Source: Malacoraja senta
Lineage: Eukaryota
DNA length: 64,000 nucleotides
Reading direction: 5' to 3'
NCBI GenBank assembly: GCA_038087875.1
Contig: CM075977.1
Location: forward strand, 29,264,001-29,328,000
Positions 61,962-64,000 of the stretch are shown here, in pieces. Under the pieces are notes generated by a model. It did not search any database. It had not been told where the DNA came from and saw nothing but the letters and a program-made list of their open reading frames with translations. Numbering within the stretch: the first letter of the stretch is position 1; the number at the start of each line of letters is the position of its first letter. A program made the translations under genes and the position numbers.

Positions 61962-62572
61962 CCTTGAGTTACTGAATGATGCACTGTATTCACACCTAAG
62001 CCTCTACACAAGCTTCAATGAATTGTAGTGAAACTCTCACATCTGCAGGCATGCAGAGCTGCTCAAAGTGGTGTCTAGGTGTTCCTCTGGGCAGCAGTGG
62101 GCTGGGGCTGATATCAACTGTCCCCGTCACAGCCCATCTGTTTCTTGAATAGAGGCAGTTGAGTATCCTACCTGTTAAACCAGCACTTCTAAACTGAGGA
62201 GCAGACAACCAAGTTTCAGTGCAAGTATCAGGACTGGGTTCACAAGTGCTTTCATTGCTGTTAGGGCCATGTCTGATCTCTCTACTGTGCCCACCAAGAT
62301 CAACTATCGGCATGTGAATCAGACAAACCTCCTACAGCAAACCTCTCGACTTCCACAAGCATAACTGTTAGCAGGTACAATCATTGCAAATACTTGTGAC
62401 TGCTTATCATGTGCGATGATCTACCACCAAGCTTTCCTGCACTTGCTGATGGACCCGTGCAGTGGAAGGCAACAAAGAGGTAGGATTTGGTAATCGGACC
62501 CTCACCACAGCACTCCGACCTTGGGCCATGAATGACTGGTGTTGTGGATTAGCCAGGAATCAGTCACAAAGT

Positions 62573-62666
62573 GATACAAAGTGCTGGTGTAATCCAGCGG
62601 GTCATTGAGCATCTCTGGAGAATATGGATAGGTGATATTTCGGGTCGGGAACCTTCTTCAGACTGA
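62573..62666 (-). mobile_element. Penelope-like terminal module
   Basis: Revcomp cagtctgaagaaggttcccgacccgaaatatcacc followed by the family body. Confidence 0.6.
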
Positions 62667-63164
62667 ACTCCTGAACTGCTGGCAAGAGGCCAGCACTTCT
62701 CACTCAAGTAGCTTTTCCCATTGATACCCACCTGGCCTGCAACAGAGCTTAGAGCAGGAACAAACAAGGGACCATCCCACAAGAGCCTATTGGCTTCTGC
62801 CACCTGTCTCAGCACAGCTGGCTCTCCGCCTGGTGCTGCGAGCAGTAAATACGTATAACCCTCAAACATGGAACACCTGGAAGTCTGTGTTTCACTGCAT
62901 AGATTAAGAGCTGTGATTGTCTTGTATCTCTTTCACCGGACCAAAGGGGAGACAATAAAACAAACCATCTCTCAATGCAATTGGCTTTGGTTTGCCCAGT
63001 CTAGGGAATGCCTCTACTTCACCAGACGATTCTTATCGTAAAGTATCAATATATCAAATGTTTACGATTCTGCTGAAATAAATGCACATTGCATTTACTT
63101 GCCAAGCTTATATAAAAACTATCGTCATTGGCAACAGACATTAGAGTAGAGTGAGTAAGTGAGT

Positions 63165-63470
63165 GAGATAGAGCACGGAAACAGATCCTTCGGCCCAACT
63201 CTGCACCAAACATCAACTTCACATTTATAGTGATCTAACAATAATATCATTTTATTCTTCCCTAGATTTTACCTTCACTCACATCTGAGGGCCAATTAAC
63301 TATTAACTCACACATCTTTTGGATGTGGGAGGAAAACGGAGAGCCTGGGGAAATCTTACGCGGTCACAGAGAGAACGTACAAACCCCATACAGACAGCAT
63401 CTGAGGTCAGGATCGAACCCGGGTCTCTGGGGCTGTAATGCAGCAACTCTACCGCTGCATCACTGCACCA
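63165..63470 (-). mobile_element. HE1-type SINE
   Basis: Revcomp head with gggttcgatcc box B. Further SINE fragments at about 63480-63556 and 63860-64000. Confidence 0.75.
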
Positions 63471-64000
63471 TCCATGTGGACACCATTGGGGTCGGGATTG
63501 AACCTATGTCTTTGTTGCTGAGAGACAGCAGTTCTACCAGTTACGCCTCTGTGCCAAGGGATTCTCAGCTTTTTCTTACACTTTTCTTATACTCACCCCA
63601 ATCTGGCAGTCGCTCCACGGAACAGGTACTCAATTCCCTCTCACGTGTACACCTGCACACCATCGCTGAGTTCAGTTCTCTTTGGAGAAGCCAAATCTGA
63701 TACAGTATTGTGGAATCAACACTCCACAATCCAGCTGCAAGGTGGGGAGAAAATAAGCTGGAGGTTTAAATCTGCAGAGCCCTAGAGACCAGCAACATGG
63801 CAACTGGCCTTTCCCATAATATGCATCATATCAATTCTTGCTAATTGCATTTTAATTCTTCCACGTCCTCATCAACTCCCCACTATTTCTACCACTCACA
63901 AAGGGGCAATTTGCATTGCCCAATGAATCTACCAGCCTGTATGCACTCGTTGGGATGTGCGAGAAAACAAGAGCATCCAGAGGAAGCCCATGTGGTCAGA

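Noticed and set aside
4145-63470. tRNA genes at box A/box B motifs
   Set aside because: These are SINE heads without a cloverleaf, each followed by SINE body.

Overview
Eukaryotic, repeat-dense, apparently non-coding DNA. The repeat repertoire points to a cartilaginous fish, probably a skate or ray (inference): HE1/V-SINE-type tRNA SINEs, CR1 LINEs with microsatellite tails, Rex1/Babar, L2, RTE, L1, and a DeuSINE remnant. No host protein-coding exon could be supported; every recognisable ORF is retrotransposon-derived, and there is a 553-nt N gap at 30503-31055. Main signals: (1) about 25 short Penelope-like terminal-repeat modules. Many carry a minimal hammerhead-ribozyme motif (CTGAAGA-A-GGGT.YYCG.RCCC-GAAA-CG-TH), many are inverted pairs, and seven have readable 12-15 bp TSDs. 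(2) A family of CpG-rich PIF/Harbinger-type MITEs sharing a GGSCTGTCCCAC terminus; one contains a 77-bp tandem array whose unit includes the terminal motif. (3) A CR1 nested in a same-family CR1 with a 43-bp duplication, creating an in-frame 656-aa chimeric ORF. (4) An inverted, microhomology-flanked template-switch duplication between two CR1 copies about 2 kb apart, plus smaller local templated insertions. Family names come from motif recognition, not database searches. Boundaries of old repeats are approximate.
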